Both the position numbers and the translations under genes were made by a program. Below are positions 21,437-34,100 of a stretch of DNA of 64,000 nt, piece after piece. This stretch comes from a virus. The notes beneath the pieces are model-generated. The model made no database searches. It was not told the DNA's origin and saw only the letters and a program-made list of their open reading frames with translations. The stretch is taken from IMG/VR virus record IMGVR_UViG_3300047557_004034, positions 1 through 64,000 of that record; one strand, written 5' to 3'. Numbering within the stretch: the stretch's first letter is position 1; every line of letters starts with the position of its first letter.

Positions 21437-23559
21437 GATTCACATTTTACGTCATACTCAATCAGGACATCTATTGTTAGAATCTGATTTTGTAATGGAC
21501 CGTCTACGTTTGTTTGTATTGTTATTTTATTATTTAAGGCGTCTATAGTAACACCAATAATACCTGGTATTGTCATTAATAAGGAATCTATCGCACTATA
21601 CCATTGATTATCTGACGGCGCTACAAGTAAAGAATTTGTTGTGAAGAACTGACTTGTGTATACACTCCCCAAAGGTTCAACTGTAACCTTGGCAATAAAA
21701 TCTGCACTTATCAAATTACAATTTGTATTAGTCAAAGTCAGGTCGTAAAAACCTTCATTCAACATTTGTAAGAGACCACATTTAGAACCTCCTTTAGATT
21801 GGAAAGCCTCATTACCCATAACATAAACTTGGTAAGAAATAAGGTTTTGAGTACAATTTACAACCATACTTCTTCTTAAAGAACAACCAAGACTATCAAC
21901 TACAGTCACACTATAAGTTCCCGCAGTTAATCCTGTTACAGTAATCGATTGTGGATTACCAATAACATTACTAGACCAAGTGAATGTAAATGGAGGTTCA
22001 CCTGAAGAAATAAATGCAGTCATAGTTCCTTGGTCTCCAGTACCACAACTTGTCGATATTAAACTATAAGTAAGTGGTTCTGAGGTATCTATAAAAATTT
22101 GTTGTGTTTGAATACATCCGTTTGCATCACTGACTGAAACCGAGTGAGAACCTGATGTTATATTTGTTAAGGTAACCGCCGATTGTATTGTGTTAGCCAC
22201 TTGAACAACCCCGTCAAGTAAATAATTGTATGGTTCGGTACCTCCGGTCGATTTAACAATAGTTATTTGTCCGTTGTTTTGCCCACAAGTCGTACCGGTT
22301 GTTGATGCGGTTATTGTGAATAGATTTTCAGTTATAATTGTAACATAATCACCATAAGAACATCCTGAGAAATCTTGGACAGAAACAAAATACGTTCCAC
22401 CTGACAATGAAGAAAAAGTATTAGAATTATTTGATGTTGAAACAACTGAGGTTCCACCATTTGGATTCACTAACGTATAAGTATATGGAGTTGTTCCATT
22501 GATTACACTGATTTGTATCGACCCATCGTTGTCTGAGCAACCAGAATTATTCCCTTGAATTGAAACAGAACTAATCCCATTTGGTGTTAATAGTTCTGTT
22601 GTCTGAGTAAAAGTACAAAATCCTGCGTCGGTCACTGTTACGGAGTAAGAACCTGAGGGTAAACCTGAGACCGTAAAACTTTGTGCGTATGATATCTCGT
22701 TATTCCCTGACGATGCAGAATAGTAATAAGGTGCAGTTCCTCCTGTTATGTTTAAAGTAACAACACCATTACTCGCAAAACAAGTTGGTTGTGTCACTAT
22801 AAAATTTCCGAAACCAACTGGACTAACATCTACAATTACTCCGTTTTTGGTTACTACACATCCCGTTGCATCCGTAACTGTTACGGTATAATTACCTGAA
22901 GTCAAACCAGTAATCGAACTTGTAGTTTGATTGTTACTCCAAAGGTATGTATATGGTGCAGTTCCTGTTTGACCTGTCACATAAAGTTTACCGAGTGGAG
23001 CTCCACCACAACTAGAATTCGGAACTACGTAGAGTCCAAAATCCATAGGTGAAGATTCTTCGACAATAATGGTTTCTGAAATACCTGTACAACCTCCTAT
23101 GTCTTGCACAAGTAAATAATATGTGCCTGCCGTTAGATTTTGAAATATAGCTTCGTTAGTATTTGTAACCGCTGATGTAATATAAACATCACTACCCGAA
23201 TACAAGTAAAAATTAGTTGAAGAATAGTTGGAAGTCGAACTACCCGTGATTGAACCATTGTTCAAACCACAAGTCGTATTCTGCACTGCAGTGACATTAG
23301 CACAAACACCACTTGATACTGGTATGTTAATAAAAAATTCTAAATTTGTTGGAAGTGAACTATCGTTGACATTGACGGTATATTCACCAGCAGAAAGTCC
23401 TGTCCTTATCGAAGGGAATGAATACACCGTATCAACACCCAAATTTGGTGTTGTCCACTGAACTGTGTAAGGAGGTGTACCTCCTGACAGTCGAAGACTA
23501 ATTGCTCCTGAAGTTGAACAGGCACCTGTGGTTGATATGTTATATTGAAAACTAGCCAT
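21433..23559 (-). CDS. SprB-repeat (Ig-like) virion protein (708 aa)
   Basis: About seven repeats of C...G.I...GGT.PY.Y.W....L.AG.Y.V.V.D..GC, the SprB repeat of Bacteroidota surface proteins. Overlaps both neighbouring genes. Confidence 0.8.
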   Translation of the reverse strand: MASFQYNISTTGACSTSGAISLRLSGGTPPYTVQWTTPNLGVDTVYSFPSIRTGLSAGEYTVNVNDSSLPTNLEFFINIPVSSGVCANVTAVQNTTCGLNNGSITGSSTSNYSSTNFYLYSGSDVYITSAVTNTNEAIFQNLTAGTYYLLVQDIGGCTGISETIIVEESSPMDFGLYVVPNSSCGGAPLGKLYVTGQTGTAPYTYLWSNNQTTSSITGLTSGNYTVTVTDATGCVVTKNGVIVDVSPVGFGNFIVTQPTCFASNGVVTLNITGGTAPYYYSASSGNNEISYAQSFTVSGLPSGSYSVTVTDAGFCTFTQTTELLTPNGISSVSIQGNNSGCSDNDGSIQISVINGTTPYTYTLVNPNGGTSVVSTSNNSNTFSSLSGGTYFVSVQDFSGCSYGDYVTIITENLFTITASTTGTTCGQNNGQITIVKSTGGTEPYNYLLDGVVQVANTIQSAVTLTNITSGSHSVSVSDANGCIQTQQIFIDTSEPLTYSLISTSCGTGDQGTMTAFISSGEPPFTFTWSSNVIGNPQSITVTGLTAGTYSVTVVDSLGCSLRRSMVVNCTQNLISYQVYVMGNEAFQSKGGSKCGLLQMLNEGFYDLTLTNTNCNLISADFIAKVTVEPLGSVYTSQFFTTNSLLVAPSDNQWYSAIDSLLMTIPGIIGVTIDALNNKITIQTNVDGPLQNQILTIDVLIEYDVKCES

Positions 23560-26533
23560 CTACACAGTTGATTTCCAAATTAATTCCAACATTTAGTGTG
23601 AGTTCTTCACCTAAGTTCATCGCTGTAAGTGTGAGGTTATATATTGTGAGGAAGTTCCCATTTATAAAATATCCAAGATTATCATTAACTAAAGTTGGTA
23701 GATATAAATTCAAGGCATTTTTCCAGTCTGTGTTTGATGGAACGTCATCGTTACCGAAACCAACATAGAACTGTCCTTGTATTAATATTTGATTTGATAA
23801 TCTCAAATCAACGAACCATGTAGATTTAACACTATCAAGAGCACAATCATTGAGTGTTAAACCTAAACTGTTTACGTAATTTGTAATACGGTTATTCAAT
23901 ATAGAATCAAAGTTTGAAACTGATACATCCCCATTTAACCAAGGATATATAAAGAAATCAACATACTCAGTATTACAATTGTAACTGAATATGTTCGATA
24001 CAATTTCACAAGGTTGTGCAGGTACAGGAATGAACTGACATCCTCTTTGTCTCCTGTAAACAAATTTCTGTTTGTGAAGTACTGAGTTTTCATATTTTAT
24101 ACCTGTGTTCCATATTGTCGTTGCGGGAACCATTTGTTCAACCAACTTCATCCAATATGGACCCATACCAATTACATAATCAATTAACTTTTGATATGTA
24201 TATTTGTTATTCGGTATCCCGACAGTTTGTTCGGATTCAATATATTTCCAAAATATAGATTGTAAGTTTGGATAACCACCTGTTTTACCGTCTGTTATAA
24301 ATTGTCTATTTCTTGTATTAATCATGTTCTGCCAAAAAGTTTGGTAGAACTCAAAGAAAGTTTTCTTTTTTGGTTCGGGGTCCACAAAAGTAGAATCAAC
24401 TCCTCCTGGTACAGGAAAATTAACTGTTAATCCACTTTCTGGTATTGGGTAATCAAATTTTACTGACTCATCCCAAACATCATAAACCAATCCTTGGCCA
24501 GGGTTTAGAGCAATTTCAACGTTTTTAACGTTCAATACTAATTTTTCTGTGTCAGCAAAATAATATGCATTATAATCTCCTCCCGTTGATATTCTTATTT
24601 TGTTGTCGTCTTCAAGCCAAGATTTTTTGTTATCAATAACTTTTCTTAGTTTGAATCCTTCTGTCATGTATGGAAACTGCCTGTACACATCAAGGTAAAG
24701 TTGTCCGTAAGTAAAAGGTTCTAATTGAGTTTGGATGTCAAAATTCTGACCCGTATAAACCTGACCCGTTATTGTTACTTGGTCCGGACTTCTGTGCTGA
24801 GGGGTACTTTCATACCAACCAGCACCTTTTTGAAAAAACATATCTTCAGTCGGTCGTGGTGCCCTTGGAAAACCAAACTCATCTACCGGATAGTCTAATC
24901 TATCCACCACAACATCTTGATATATATCGGTTGTCGTAAATGCAGTATATAATTGTCCTTTTATACTATATGTTTCTCCAGGTAATAAACTTGGGACCTC
25001 TTGTTGGTAAGTTCCTCCCGATATTTGAGCAAATTCTGTACGGAAAGTTTCCATATTCACTCTTTGGTCGGCAAGGTATATGTTTTCGTTGAATTCTATC
25101 AACGCGTCTGGCGCACCAATTAGTCTCAATAAAAACTCTATTGACCTCCTAGTTCCCTTTGATTTGAAAAGGTATGCAGAATTCAAAATTAAATTTCTAT
25201 AAAATTGATAATTCAACTCAGTAGGTGTGTATGGTCTCGATAGACCTTCATACTCATTTAACGCACCTCCACCGAAAACACTTTGTAAAAAGTTTTCGGT
25301 AGTTATCGGTGAAAAGTTCGAAGACCATCCCAAAGTTTGTGATAAGTTATACAATAACTGTGATGGTATATCGTCTTGCGGTAAGTAGTTAACGGAATTC
25401 ATGTATGCCAACGCATCAATAAATTGTTTTACTTGGTCAAAAGACCTTCCATATATTTGAAATATTTTCTCTACTTTCTGTCCTAAAGTGTCGAAGTCTT
25501 TTAAAGAGCCTGACACTAAAAAACGAGAAATCAAATTCGTTTTAAACTCATCTAAATTAACCGCAATCGCATCTAGTTGTGATAAGTAGTTGTCAAAACT
25601 TGATGACCTAATATCTAAATTCCAAACACCATCTTTAGGCCATGTCACGATTTGTTCTGCGATATAAAATTGACCTGAAGCGTCTTGTTGGGGAACTTTG
25701 AACATTGCGGTATATTCAGGAGTTATAAGTCTGTTCAACAAAAATTTTTCAACTTCATCAAAATCTTCTTCAAAAACTTTGTCTACAGTCACAGTATTCG
25801 GTCTTATTTCGAAATCCTCATACCACGTAGTTGCCGTGAATCCAAATGGTGCTCCTGAAACATACATTCCTATATAACCACTCGATAATGAAGTCGACGG
25901 TTGAAAAGAAACTAAATTATATTCCTCTTCATTTAAAGAAATACAATAACTCAGATAAGTGTTATTTAGATTTCTATAAATCGAAGTTTCAAGTTCTCTT
26001 ACTTGTAAATTTGTTGTGGCACTAACACTAAAATCAATATCGAAAGGATTATGTATTCTGTCAACGTTAATCTCAAGGTAAGTCTCATTTTCTACAGGGT
26101 CATAATCTATATTTACCGCAGTTGCCCCTGTAGTGAAATCTATTTGTGTATATAAAATATCCAACGCTGCTGGAAAGAAATTAATAATTTTTGATGCGGA
26201 TACTGCAAATCTTTTTGATAAAGAACCATACATGGTAAAGTTCAAAACTTCGGATACATCATAGTTAGGCACAACCCTGAATTGTGTCTGTTGTATGATT
26301 CTACTATCAAATAATGTGTTGACATCAATATCACTCAAAGAAATTGGTGAAGAAAAAGCACCAATATTGAAAGTTCTATTAACTTTTTCAACTACTGATG
26401 TTGTGAATTCAAAGTTACCTTGGGTCAATCCTCCTCCTGTTACCGTCTGTAAACCAACGATATCATCCGAGAATGTTCCTGCACCATTACCAGGTCTCGG
26501 GGGATAAAAATATTTGTCTCTGATAACCGCCAT
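23552..26533 (-). CDS. Baseplate wedge protein (T4 gp7 / P2 gpI-like region), 993 aa
   Basis: IP..LL..L.QTLGW and LFKSKGTRRSIEFLLRLIG motifs characteristic of gpI/gp7-type wedge proteins. Confidence 0.65.
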   Translation of the reverse strand: MAVIRDKYFYPPRPGNGAGTFSDDIVGLQTVTGGGLTQGNFEFTTSVVEKVNRTFNIGAFSSPISLSDIDVNTLFDSRIIQQTQFRVVPNYDVSEVLNFTMYGSLSKRFAVSASKIINFFPAALDILYTQIDFTTGATAVNIDYDPVENETYLEINVDRIHNPFDIDFSVSATTNLQVRELETSIYRNLNNTYLSYCISLNEEEYNLVSFQPSTSLSSGYIGMYVSGAPFGFTATTWYEDFEIRPNTVTVDKVFEEDFDEVEKFLLNRLITPEYTAMFKVPQQDASGQFYIAEQIVTWPKDGVWNLDIRSSSFDNYLSQLDAIAVNLDEFKTNLISRFLVSGSLKDFDTLGQKVEKIFQIYGRSFDQVKQFIDALAYMNSVNYLPQDDIPSQLLYNLSQTLGWSSNFSPITTENFLQSVFGGGALNEYEGLSRPYTPTELNYQFYRNLILNSAYLFKSKGTRRSIEFLLRLIGAPDALIEFNENIYLADQRVNMETFRTEFAQISGGTYQQEVPSLLPGETYSIKGQLYTAFTTTDIYQDVVVDRLDYPVDEFGFPRAPRPTEDMFFQKGAGWYESTPQHRSPDQVTITGQVYTGQNFDIQTQLEPFTYGQLYLDVYRQFPYMTEGFKLRKVIDNKKSWLEDDNKIRISTGGDYNAYYFADTEKLVLNVKNVEIALNPGQGLVYDVWDESVKFDYPIPESGLTVNFPVPGGVDSTFVDPEPKKKTFFEFYQTFWQNMINTRNRQFITDGKTGGYPNLQSIFWKYIESEQTVGIPNNKYTYQKLIDYVIGMGPYWMKLVEQMVPATTIWNTGIKYENSVLHKQKFVYRRQRGCQFIPVPAQPCEIVSNIFSYNCNTEYVDFFIYPWLNGDVSVSNFDSILNNRITNYVNSLGLTLNDCALDSVKSTWFVDLRLSNQILIQGQFYVGFGNDDVPSNTDWKNALNLYLPTLVNDNLGYFINGNFLTIYNLTLTAMNLGEELTLNVGINLEINCVDG

Positions 26534-27441
26534 TAACTTGTGATGGTGTTAAAGTTCTTACTAAAATCAATATTATTACCTCTACTTTGTCTAACCTCAT
26601 AAAGAAGAGCATTAAATTGGTCTCTAATTTCATAAAGGTTGTATTGTCTGTAGATGTTATTTTGAGAGTCGTAGATTGTGTAGATACCATCATCGATAGA
26701 TTTGGTCTGATTACCGTAAAGAGCAATTGCAAGAGAAGATATATCGTATTCAACCATTTCAATCTCCAATGTTACAGGATTAAAAAACGTGTTTGTTATA
26801 ATAATTTCTTGGTCTGGTTGTCCAATAAATGGAGTTGCGTTAGGTTTGTTAGTGGGTGAGGATGAAGGTGAAACAGTTAAAAATAAAAGATTAGACTGAC
26901 CATCGACATATCTATACCTTATCGCTTTTTGTGTTGTGTTAACTTGATTTGTTACTACAGGTTCACAGTAAAATGATGATGTAACTATTCTAAAGAAGTT
27001 TGGTATTTTTGAACCGTCATTATTTAGATATTCAATTCTGAATCCTACAAGCCCTTGTGGTACGAATTTATTTAAAGACGCTGGTGGGACATTTGATAAA
27101 TCAATAACGAGTCCTTTAACATTAGGTAATGCACTTAATACACCGCAATCCGTAATTACTGTTCTTATTTGAGCTGGTCTCAAATAGAGTGTGTATATAC
27201 CGAGTTGAGTAAACTCATTTGCTGGTAATGTTAAATTGTATAATCCACCCAAAACTTCAACTCCATCATTTCCTCCTGTTGCATCATTGTTGAAGTAAGG
27301 TCTCAAAACTGTTGGAGCGTCCAAGGTTTTTAAAACGAAATTATCTGTAACATCTCTTGAGGGTGTGTAGTTCATTATTATCTGAACATCTTCAGGTGAA
27401 ACGTCACTTGGCCTTAGTGTTCCGTATGTACCGATTGCCAT
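26533..27441 (-). CDS. Hypothetical baseplate-region structural protein (302 aa)
   Basis: ORF track; TAATG stop/start coupling to the next gene; upstream TATTTAT motif. Confidence 0.7.
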   Translation of the reverse strand: MAIGTYGTLRPSDVSPEDVQIIMNYTPSRDVTDNFVLKTLDAPTVLRPYFNNDATGGNDGVEVLGGLYNLTLPANEFTQLGIYTLYLRPAQIRTVITDCGVLSALPNVKGLVIDLSNVPPASLNKFVPQGLVGFRIEYLNNDGSKIPNFFRIVTSSFYCEPVVTNQVNTTQKAIRYRYVDGQSNLLFLTVSPSSSPTNKPNATPFIGQPDQEIIITNTFFNPVTLEIEMVEYDISSLAIALYGNQTKSIDDGIYTIYDSQNNIYRQYNLYEIRDQFNALLYEVRQSRGNNIDFSKNFNTITS

Positions 27442-27459
27442 ATCTAAAAATTATATTTA

Positions 27460-27466
27460 ATAAATA
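27460..27466 (-). promoter_or_regulatory. TATTTAT upstream motif
   Basis: ataaata(g) on + strand in the 27-nt intergenic gap. Confidence 0.5.
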
Positions 27467-27468
27467 GT

Positions 27469-28587
27469 TTATGTCTCAAAACCCTCTGCGGTTTCTCCAC
27501 CATCTTTTTCAACTATATTGAAGAATCCGTATCCATAATTTTCCAAAGCACCTAAACTACTCACTTCTCCCAACCTTTGGATTCTTTCATACCCACTGTT
27601 TTTACCTCGTTCAACAAAAACATCTGTTTGAATTTGTCCTTGGTCGATAATTTTCATCAATGATTCATCTTTTGTAATAGGTCTTGCTTCTATATTATCT
27701 TGAGTAAATCCTGACGAACTTGTAAAAAATAAAGTGAGTCCATTTGAATAGTCGTAATAATCAACGTTTTGTATAGTGTATGCAGTGTAAACAGGGTTAA
27801 TATTTGTAATAGTACCGTATATTTCCCCATTCTTGATGATTGGTAAACCAACCCTTTGTTGTGGTGTGAATTTACCATATGGTTCTAGTTCTGTTAATCG
27901 TGAGGTTGTTTGTGAAGAAACAACAAATGGTATTGATGTGTATCCACTACTTACCTGAGCTTGCACAGTATTGACCGCATCACCACTAAAAATATAATCA
28001 TAGCTAATTGGTGTTGCTGACCAAGACCCGATATTCGAAGTGAAGAACGCTCTACCCTTAGGATTATATATAATAGCATTTTTGAATGGTGTTATAATTG
28101 TCTTGAATACTTCTACGATACCCCAAGGATTAACTTGTCTTAAAGATATCTGATATTTTTTGTTTGCAATTGGATAGTTATGAGACGTAAAATTAGGTGT
28201 ATAACCTGTTACAGTTTCTATTGGACTACCGTCACCCCAATTGATAGAGTAAGATGAAAGGTCAATAAATTTTTGATATTCACTTGAAGTGTTATAAACT
28301 TGATATGTATATGGTGAAGTCGTGGTTGAAGAAAAAATAAAATTTGTCACTACATCTTTTTGAGAAATCTCTCCATCAAATGGGCTATAATATCCGATAT
28401 CTACCGTACTTTGATTAAGTAAGATAGGTACAGTCAACCCTGTAAGAGTAGACGTTCCGTTAGGTCCCGATGAAATAACCTGTGACATTCCTGAATAAAC
28501 ACCAAAGGTTTCTCCACTATATGTAACTTGGCTAATGTCTCCAAGTATTGTTTCAGGTGAAATTATTATTCTATAAGAATCACTCAT
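27469..28587 (-). CDS. Hypothetical structural protein with PKD-like motif (372 aa)
   Basis: YSINWGDGS...TSHNY PKD/Ig-like signature. Confidence 0.65.
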   Translation of the reverse strand: MSDSYRIIISPETILGDISQVTYSGETFGVYSGMSQVISSGPNGTSTLTGLTVPILLNQSTVDIGYYSPFDGEISQKDVVTNFIFSSTTTSPYTYQVYNTSSEYQKFIDLSSYSINWGDGSPIETVTGYTPNFTSHNYPIANKKYQISLRQVNPWGIVEVFKTIITPFKNAIIYNPKGRAFFTSNIGSWSATPISYDYIFSGDAVNTVQAQVSSGYTSIPFVVSSQTTSRLTELEPYGKFTPQQRVGLPIIKNGEIYGTITNINPVYTAYTIQNVDYYDYSNGLTLFFTSSSGFTQDNIEARPITKDESLMKIIDQGQIQTDVFVERGKNSGYERIQRLGEVSSLGALENYGYGFFNIVEKDGGETAEGFET

Positions 28588-29393
28588 GATAAAGGTGGGT
28601 TTAGATATTCATACCATCTTATTGGTGTTGTAGTACCAACTCTTTCATTTGTTTTAATATCATATATACGATAAACTTTATCTATATAATCTAAAACTAC
28701 TCTGTAGTAAAAGAAGGTAGTATAATCAAAATCATAAAGATTACTCCCTAAGGTTGTGTTTGTAAAAATAGATTGTGGTTGATTAGAAAGTTTAGTGAAA
28801 GAACCTGTTTCCGCATTGTAAAACTTTGCAGTCATGTAGAATGTGTTGATTGGTATAAATTTTAAACTTTTAAGCCAATACAGAAAAAAACCTTCTTTGT
28901 CTCCAATGTAGTCCAAAATGAACTTTGGTTTTTTAATCGTAACAGTATCCCTTGCCATTCCCGAGACCATCTCACCACCTTGAGTGGTAGGGATAATTAC
29001 TGTGAAGTAATTTTTTTGTCTTTTGTCATCCACAGTATCATAAAAATCCAATTTAAAAAATGACTTAGTGAAACTATTAGAATAATAAAAAACATCTTGT
29101 ACCGTGAATCCTTCTCTTAAATAACTATTTTTCCAATTTGTTTGGTCCTCTAGTGAACCTCCTGAGTAAAAATAAAATTCATAATCAATGAAAGTATTCT
29201 CGCTGTTGTCATGTTTATCATGTGGAAACCTTTCGACCTCAAAATCATAACCTTTCCCTAAAACTTGCTCCACCGCTTTAGTTTCATATTGGTCTATAGC
29301 ATCATCAATTCCCTCTAGGTCCCAAGTGAGTTCTATCGGAATATTTATCTGCTTATTCAGACCATTTATTTGTTTTATAATAAAATTATTCAC
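28584..29393 (-). CDS. Hypothetical baseplate-region protein (269 aa)
   Basis: ORF track; aromatic-rich; overlaps both neighbours (ATGA coupling at 28584-28587). Confidence 0.7.
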   Translation of the reverse strand: MNNFIIKQINGLNKQINIPIELTWDLEGIDDAIDQYETKAVEQVLGKGYDFEVERFPHDKHDNSENTFIDYEFYFYSGGSLEDQTNWKNSYLREGFTVQDVFYYSNSFTKSFFKLDFYDTVDDKRQKNYFTVIIPTTQGGEMVSGMARDTVTIKKPKFILDYIGDKEGFFLYWLKSLKFIPINTFYMTAKFYNAETGSFTKLSNQPQSIFTNTTLGSNLYDFDYTTFFYYRVVLDYIDKVYRIYDIKTNERVGTTTPIRWYEYLNPPLS

Positions 29394-31104
29394 ACTTATC
29401 TATTATTGGGTCAAATGGTACATTCAATCCGAATAAACCATCATTTATATTATATCCTTCATTATCAGGAATTAATTTGAAAACAAAATCCTTAAACGGG
29501 TATTGTGCATTGTTCATAAATGGATAATCCACTCCTCTACCTTCAGAATCTATGAATCCATATTGATACAAGTCTCTCCATCTGAACTCTTGGTCTGCGT
29601 TTGAATAATATGCGTAATTTGGAATCTCCTCCACTTCGTTCACAGAACCTGTTTCCACATAATCAGAAAAGGTTCTTAAGGTAATTGGGTTATGTGGTTT
29701 GTAATAATACCCAGGTGAGTTGGTTGTCTGACCTTCAGTAGTCTTAAAGATACTCTGATTATATTTAATTTTTTGATAATAATTTGAGTAGACTCTTTCG
29801 ACTTGTAAGTAATCGTTCCATTCACACAAATCACCATCTATAATATCACCAACTTTGAGTGAGTTGTTGTAATAGAAGGTTCTTGTTACCCCATCAGTAT
29901 TTTGATATGAAGAAGTTGTAATATTTGTTTTGGACAATGTATTATTATCATCCCACCAAGAATTATTTGTATTCGTTATATTAAAACCCCAACCTTGTTT
30001 CAATCCTGAACCGAAGAAGGGTTTGTTGAAATAACCTGAATACCCTTTATTTATAATTGTCAAATATAATTCAGTCACGGGTCTCAATTGATTGTCCAAT
30101 AGTCCCCCTATGTTAATGTCTATTTTACCTGTAAAAGTATATGAACTTGAACTAGTCTTTTGAGATATCCTTGTAATTTTATTAGGAGTGATTGAACTTA
30201 ATTCTAATTTGAAATCGTCTTTGAACGGATTTTTTTCAAATCCCGATTTTGTTAGAATAATTCCATTAGTATCCAAAATAACTTTTTGTTGTCTTACATA
30301 ATACTTTGACCTAGTTTCGTTAGGTATTGATGCATTTGCCACTCTTCTAAACGTGCCAATCATACCATCGAAAAACGTATTCCCCGTATAACCTATATTA
30401 TAAATGTTAAATACGTGAGATTCACTATCAAATTTTTCGTTCCCTAATGAAAAAACATCAAAAAGAGCTTGGGTTCTATATAAATAAGGTTGTCCGTTTA
30501 CAAGTAGTTCCACTGATTCTCCAGCCGCCAGTCCATGAGGACAAATACATTCGAAAGAAATTAATCCTGCACCATTTTCTGAAGTTCTCCTTATTTTGAA
30601 TGGTATCCCATCAGATACAATCCAATCGAAAAAACTACCATTTAAACTCGCAGTTATTCTTTTGTCTGAAACATTCTGTGATGGATAAGTTATATAATAA
30701 TCCCAATTATACGAATATGCACTAACCGCCTTATAATTGATATGTGTGTTATTGATATCGTCTCTATAGAAGTCAAATTCATAATACTGAGGATAACCAT
30801 ACCAAACATTACTGAATATCGATACTTGCGGATTAACATAATACAACTCATTTCTGAACTTTATATATTCTGTAGTTCCAGTAAGAACATTATCATAAAC
30901 GTATGTCATTTTAAATGTGGGTCTAAAGACCGTACAACTTTGACGTTCTTGGTCATAGACTTCTGCTAAACTTACATTTGTAGTCCTATCGAACTCGACC
31001 ATAGATTGAGCTTGTTGTTCGAGTGATAACTGAACCTGTTGGTCTATCAGTGGTGCAGACTCGTAAGACAATCCGCTCGGTATAATTCGATATCTATTCA
31101 TCAA
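29386..31104 (-). CDS. Hypothetical baseplate-region protein (572 aa)
   Basis: ORF track; overlapping, translationally coupled operon position. Confidence 0.7.
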   Translation of the reverse strand: MMNRYRIIPSGLSYESAPLIDQQVQLSLEQQAQSMVEFDRTTNVSLAEVYDQERQSCTVFRPTFKMTYVYDNVLTGTTEYIKFRNELYYVNPQVSIFSNVWYGYPQYYEFDFYRDDINNTHINYKAVSAYSYNWDYYITYPSQNVSDKRITASLNGSFFDWIVSDGIPFKIRRTSENGAGLISFECICPHGLAAGESVELLVNGQPYLYRTQALFDVFSLGNEKFDSESHVFNIYNIGYTGNTFFDGMIGTFRRVANASIPNETRSKYYVRQQKVILDTNGIILTKSGFEKNPFKDDFKLELSSITPNKITRISQKTSSSSYTFTGKIDINIGGLLDNQLRPVTELYLTIINKGYSGYFNKPFFGSGLKQGWGFNITNTNNSWWDDNNTLSKTNITTSSYQNTDGVTRTFYYNNSLKVGDIIDGDLCEWNDYLQVERVYSNYYQKIKYNQSIFKTTEGQTTNSPGYYYKPHNPITLRTFSDYVETGSVNEVEEIPNYAYYSNADQEFRWRDLYQYGFIDSEGRGVDYPFMNNAQYPFKDFVFKLIPDNEGYNINDGLFGLNVPFDPIIDKCE

Positions 31105-34100
31105 TAGAGTATTTTGTTTTAAACTTATCTAATGCAGTTGCACCCACCGTAGTTCCAAAGTAAAAATGAAAAGGAGCACCCACAATAAATCTATTACTAT
31201 AAGCAGGACCCTCAGGTTTATAATCTTGACTAAACTGACTTATAGTATCTCCATTAACATTGAAAATGTATCCTCTCTCACTTATATCATTTTGTAAACC
31301 TCTGGCTAAAAAGTAATGTTCAGGATTTGTTCTATCTAAAGACTGATATTGGTATTGTACTAAATCTCCTCTTGATGTCGCCCAATTATTATCCTCGTCT
31401 CCAAATATTTGAGTATCATTCCTCAATCCCCATCTATAGAATGGAACTAATTGTGATTTAATTCCGTAAGTGTATGGTGTAGACGTATAACTTGGTGTAG
31501 GTCTAAAATTAATTCTACCTGGTGTAATGAAATCTTTGAATTGTAAGTTCTCTGTTGTTGAAGAATAGAATATTCCAATTGTAGGTCTACTCGGAGTTCC
31601 GTAATACCCTAAGGGACTTTCCTGTCCTCCTTCAGCACTATAATATTCTGGTGAAAACTTAATTAAACCTTCCTCAGAATTCATAGAAAGTAACTGAACC
31701 AAATCTCCGTCAACTCTTCGGTTTCTCTCAACGGTCCTGTTTCTTGTAAACAATTCATTTATGGATGAATTACCTAATAATCTTGATAAAAAACTACTGT
31801 TTATAATTCTAGAAATTACAAAAAAGTTTACAATATCTGAGGTGTCTGAATAACTTGATGGGTTCAGTTCCCCCATTACATAGGCATCTGTTGATGGTTC
31901 GAAAGTTATTTCGCCATAGAATGAATCTTTATATCCCAAATCAACAACAGTTGTAGGAAATAAAAGATTTGTTTGGTTTACCATAGTTGGTTCATCGATA
32001 GGTTTCGGTTTTCCTACAAATTTTTCTCCATTATAAGGACTACTTCTATAGTAGAAATTATTACTTACCTTTTCATAATACACTACGTCCGCACAATATT
32101 TTACATCACTAACTCTATTTTGTTTATTATAAAAAGTGTCAACTTGAATTGGGAAAGCGTATAACGCTCCATTAACCCAGTTATTTGTAAACGTTTGTGA
32201 AAGGACTCCTCTACACAATGCATAGAAGAATCTGAATCTATAACCCCACTCCGAGAATAGTCTTATATCTTGACCAACACCAAATAATGGTCGTGTAAAA
32301 AATACATAACAACCTCTTTCAACATTATCATTTTGAAGACAATTTGAAGATATACCAAAATTATTACTGTAACCTGTATAACAACTAAGTTGCACCATAT
32401 TATCACATTCAAAACTACTCAGAACATTTACATCAGGCAAACCCTCTACATCTGGTGGTACTTCTTGAAAACCAGTACTATAGGCAGGAACTATAGCACC
32501 CTCCCCTTCATCAGGAACCTCGTAGAAGGCAAATGCTCTATTCTGTTGCAATAAAAATGCCGTACTATTTGTACCTGCACCATCTAATTGGTCTGAAGAG
32601 GGCAATCTATCAGTCCTCATTACATTTTTCGTTCTGTCTGAGAATTGAAAAGGTGGTATAGCCGGAAAATAATATGTCACATACGAATAATATCGACTAA
32701 ACGAATCTCTCCCGATACCATTACTAGTGTAGGAAGCATTAGCATTTATATCTTCAGCCGAATCATATTTTGTTGGTGTTTGTGTAAATGAGTATTGATA
32801 ACTAGTTGAAGGGCTAACTCCTAAAGCCCCATAGTAATTTTGATTACTAACAAATGCACCACCGTCAGAATATGCAAAACCATAATAATAAACCGTATTA
32901 GAAGTAAATGCGGAATATTGTGAGCCAGGCGTGAAGAAATAAGAATTATAAAACATGTCGTTTTGTGTGAACGACTGTAAACTTGAATTTGGTGAGTTCA
33001 GTTTCTGTATAGGTATATTTAATTTGGTAGATGCGGTAACAACATATTTCGGGTCATCGATTGTAGAACCGAATAGAACACCCAAATTATAGCGATTCGT
33101 GTACCTTGGTGAATAAGGGTCTACCCCTCTTTGTAAGATTACTACGTATTGGTTATCAAAATCCTCATATAGTTCTCTTAATTTTATTGGCTGTCTTGCA
33201 AATGACGCTGTTTGGAATGTTCTCCACCCCAATCCCCCTTTGATTTCGGGAAATATAGTTATTGTAGAATCTAAAACTTTTGGTAACGTTTGGTATTGAG
33301 GTATTTGTGTCTGTCCTGTTAGTTTGAAATATTCACTCACAGTAATTGCCGTAATAACCTGAAAATATTCCCTGTCACTTGGATAGGAATAGTTGTCTAT
33401 CGTTGACCCTATTGGTAAATTATAACTGGTTGTTATCTCTTGTAGTTGATTTGAAGGATTAACATATCGTACGTTTATTGTGCTTGGTCCTACGATAGTG
33501 TTACCAGTTATACCAAAATCGCCAGTAACTCCTGTAAAATTGAAGTTGGGGTCTAAAGAGGTTTGTGGATTTACTGTTGTAAGAACTGTACCTGCTTCAT
33601 ATGGATTCGTTGCTAAAACTGTTACAGTATTATCTAAATGAAATGTCGACGTGTTGTTTGAATGGTCGACAGCAAAGCTTACTTTAACCCTATTGAGGTT
33701 TGAAAAATACGACACTCTACTATTGAAAATATTTATTCTTTCTCCAAAGGGTAAATCAAGACTATATGCCCTAAATTTATCATCCTCACCCTCTTGAACG
33801 TTAGATTTAAGTATTTTGTAAACTGTTGGGTCGGTACCATCAATATTACCTCCAGTCGCTTGTGAGTATATACTGGCAATTGCCGTTGCATTTGTTGAGT
33901 CGCTGCCAGCACCAATTAATTTATTAAACCAAATCTCATAATATCTATCCGGGTCGGAGAGAGGTGATAATTGCCCTCCTGAAGATATTACAACACCTAG
34001 TCCATCCGTGGTTGCTGGCCTACACTCACAAGCATCACAGTTTGGGTATGTTACCATAGGTAATCTTATTGGTAGGCCCCCTTTTTTTGGTTTTCGGAAA

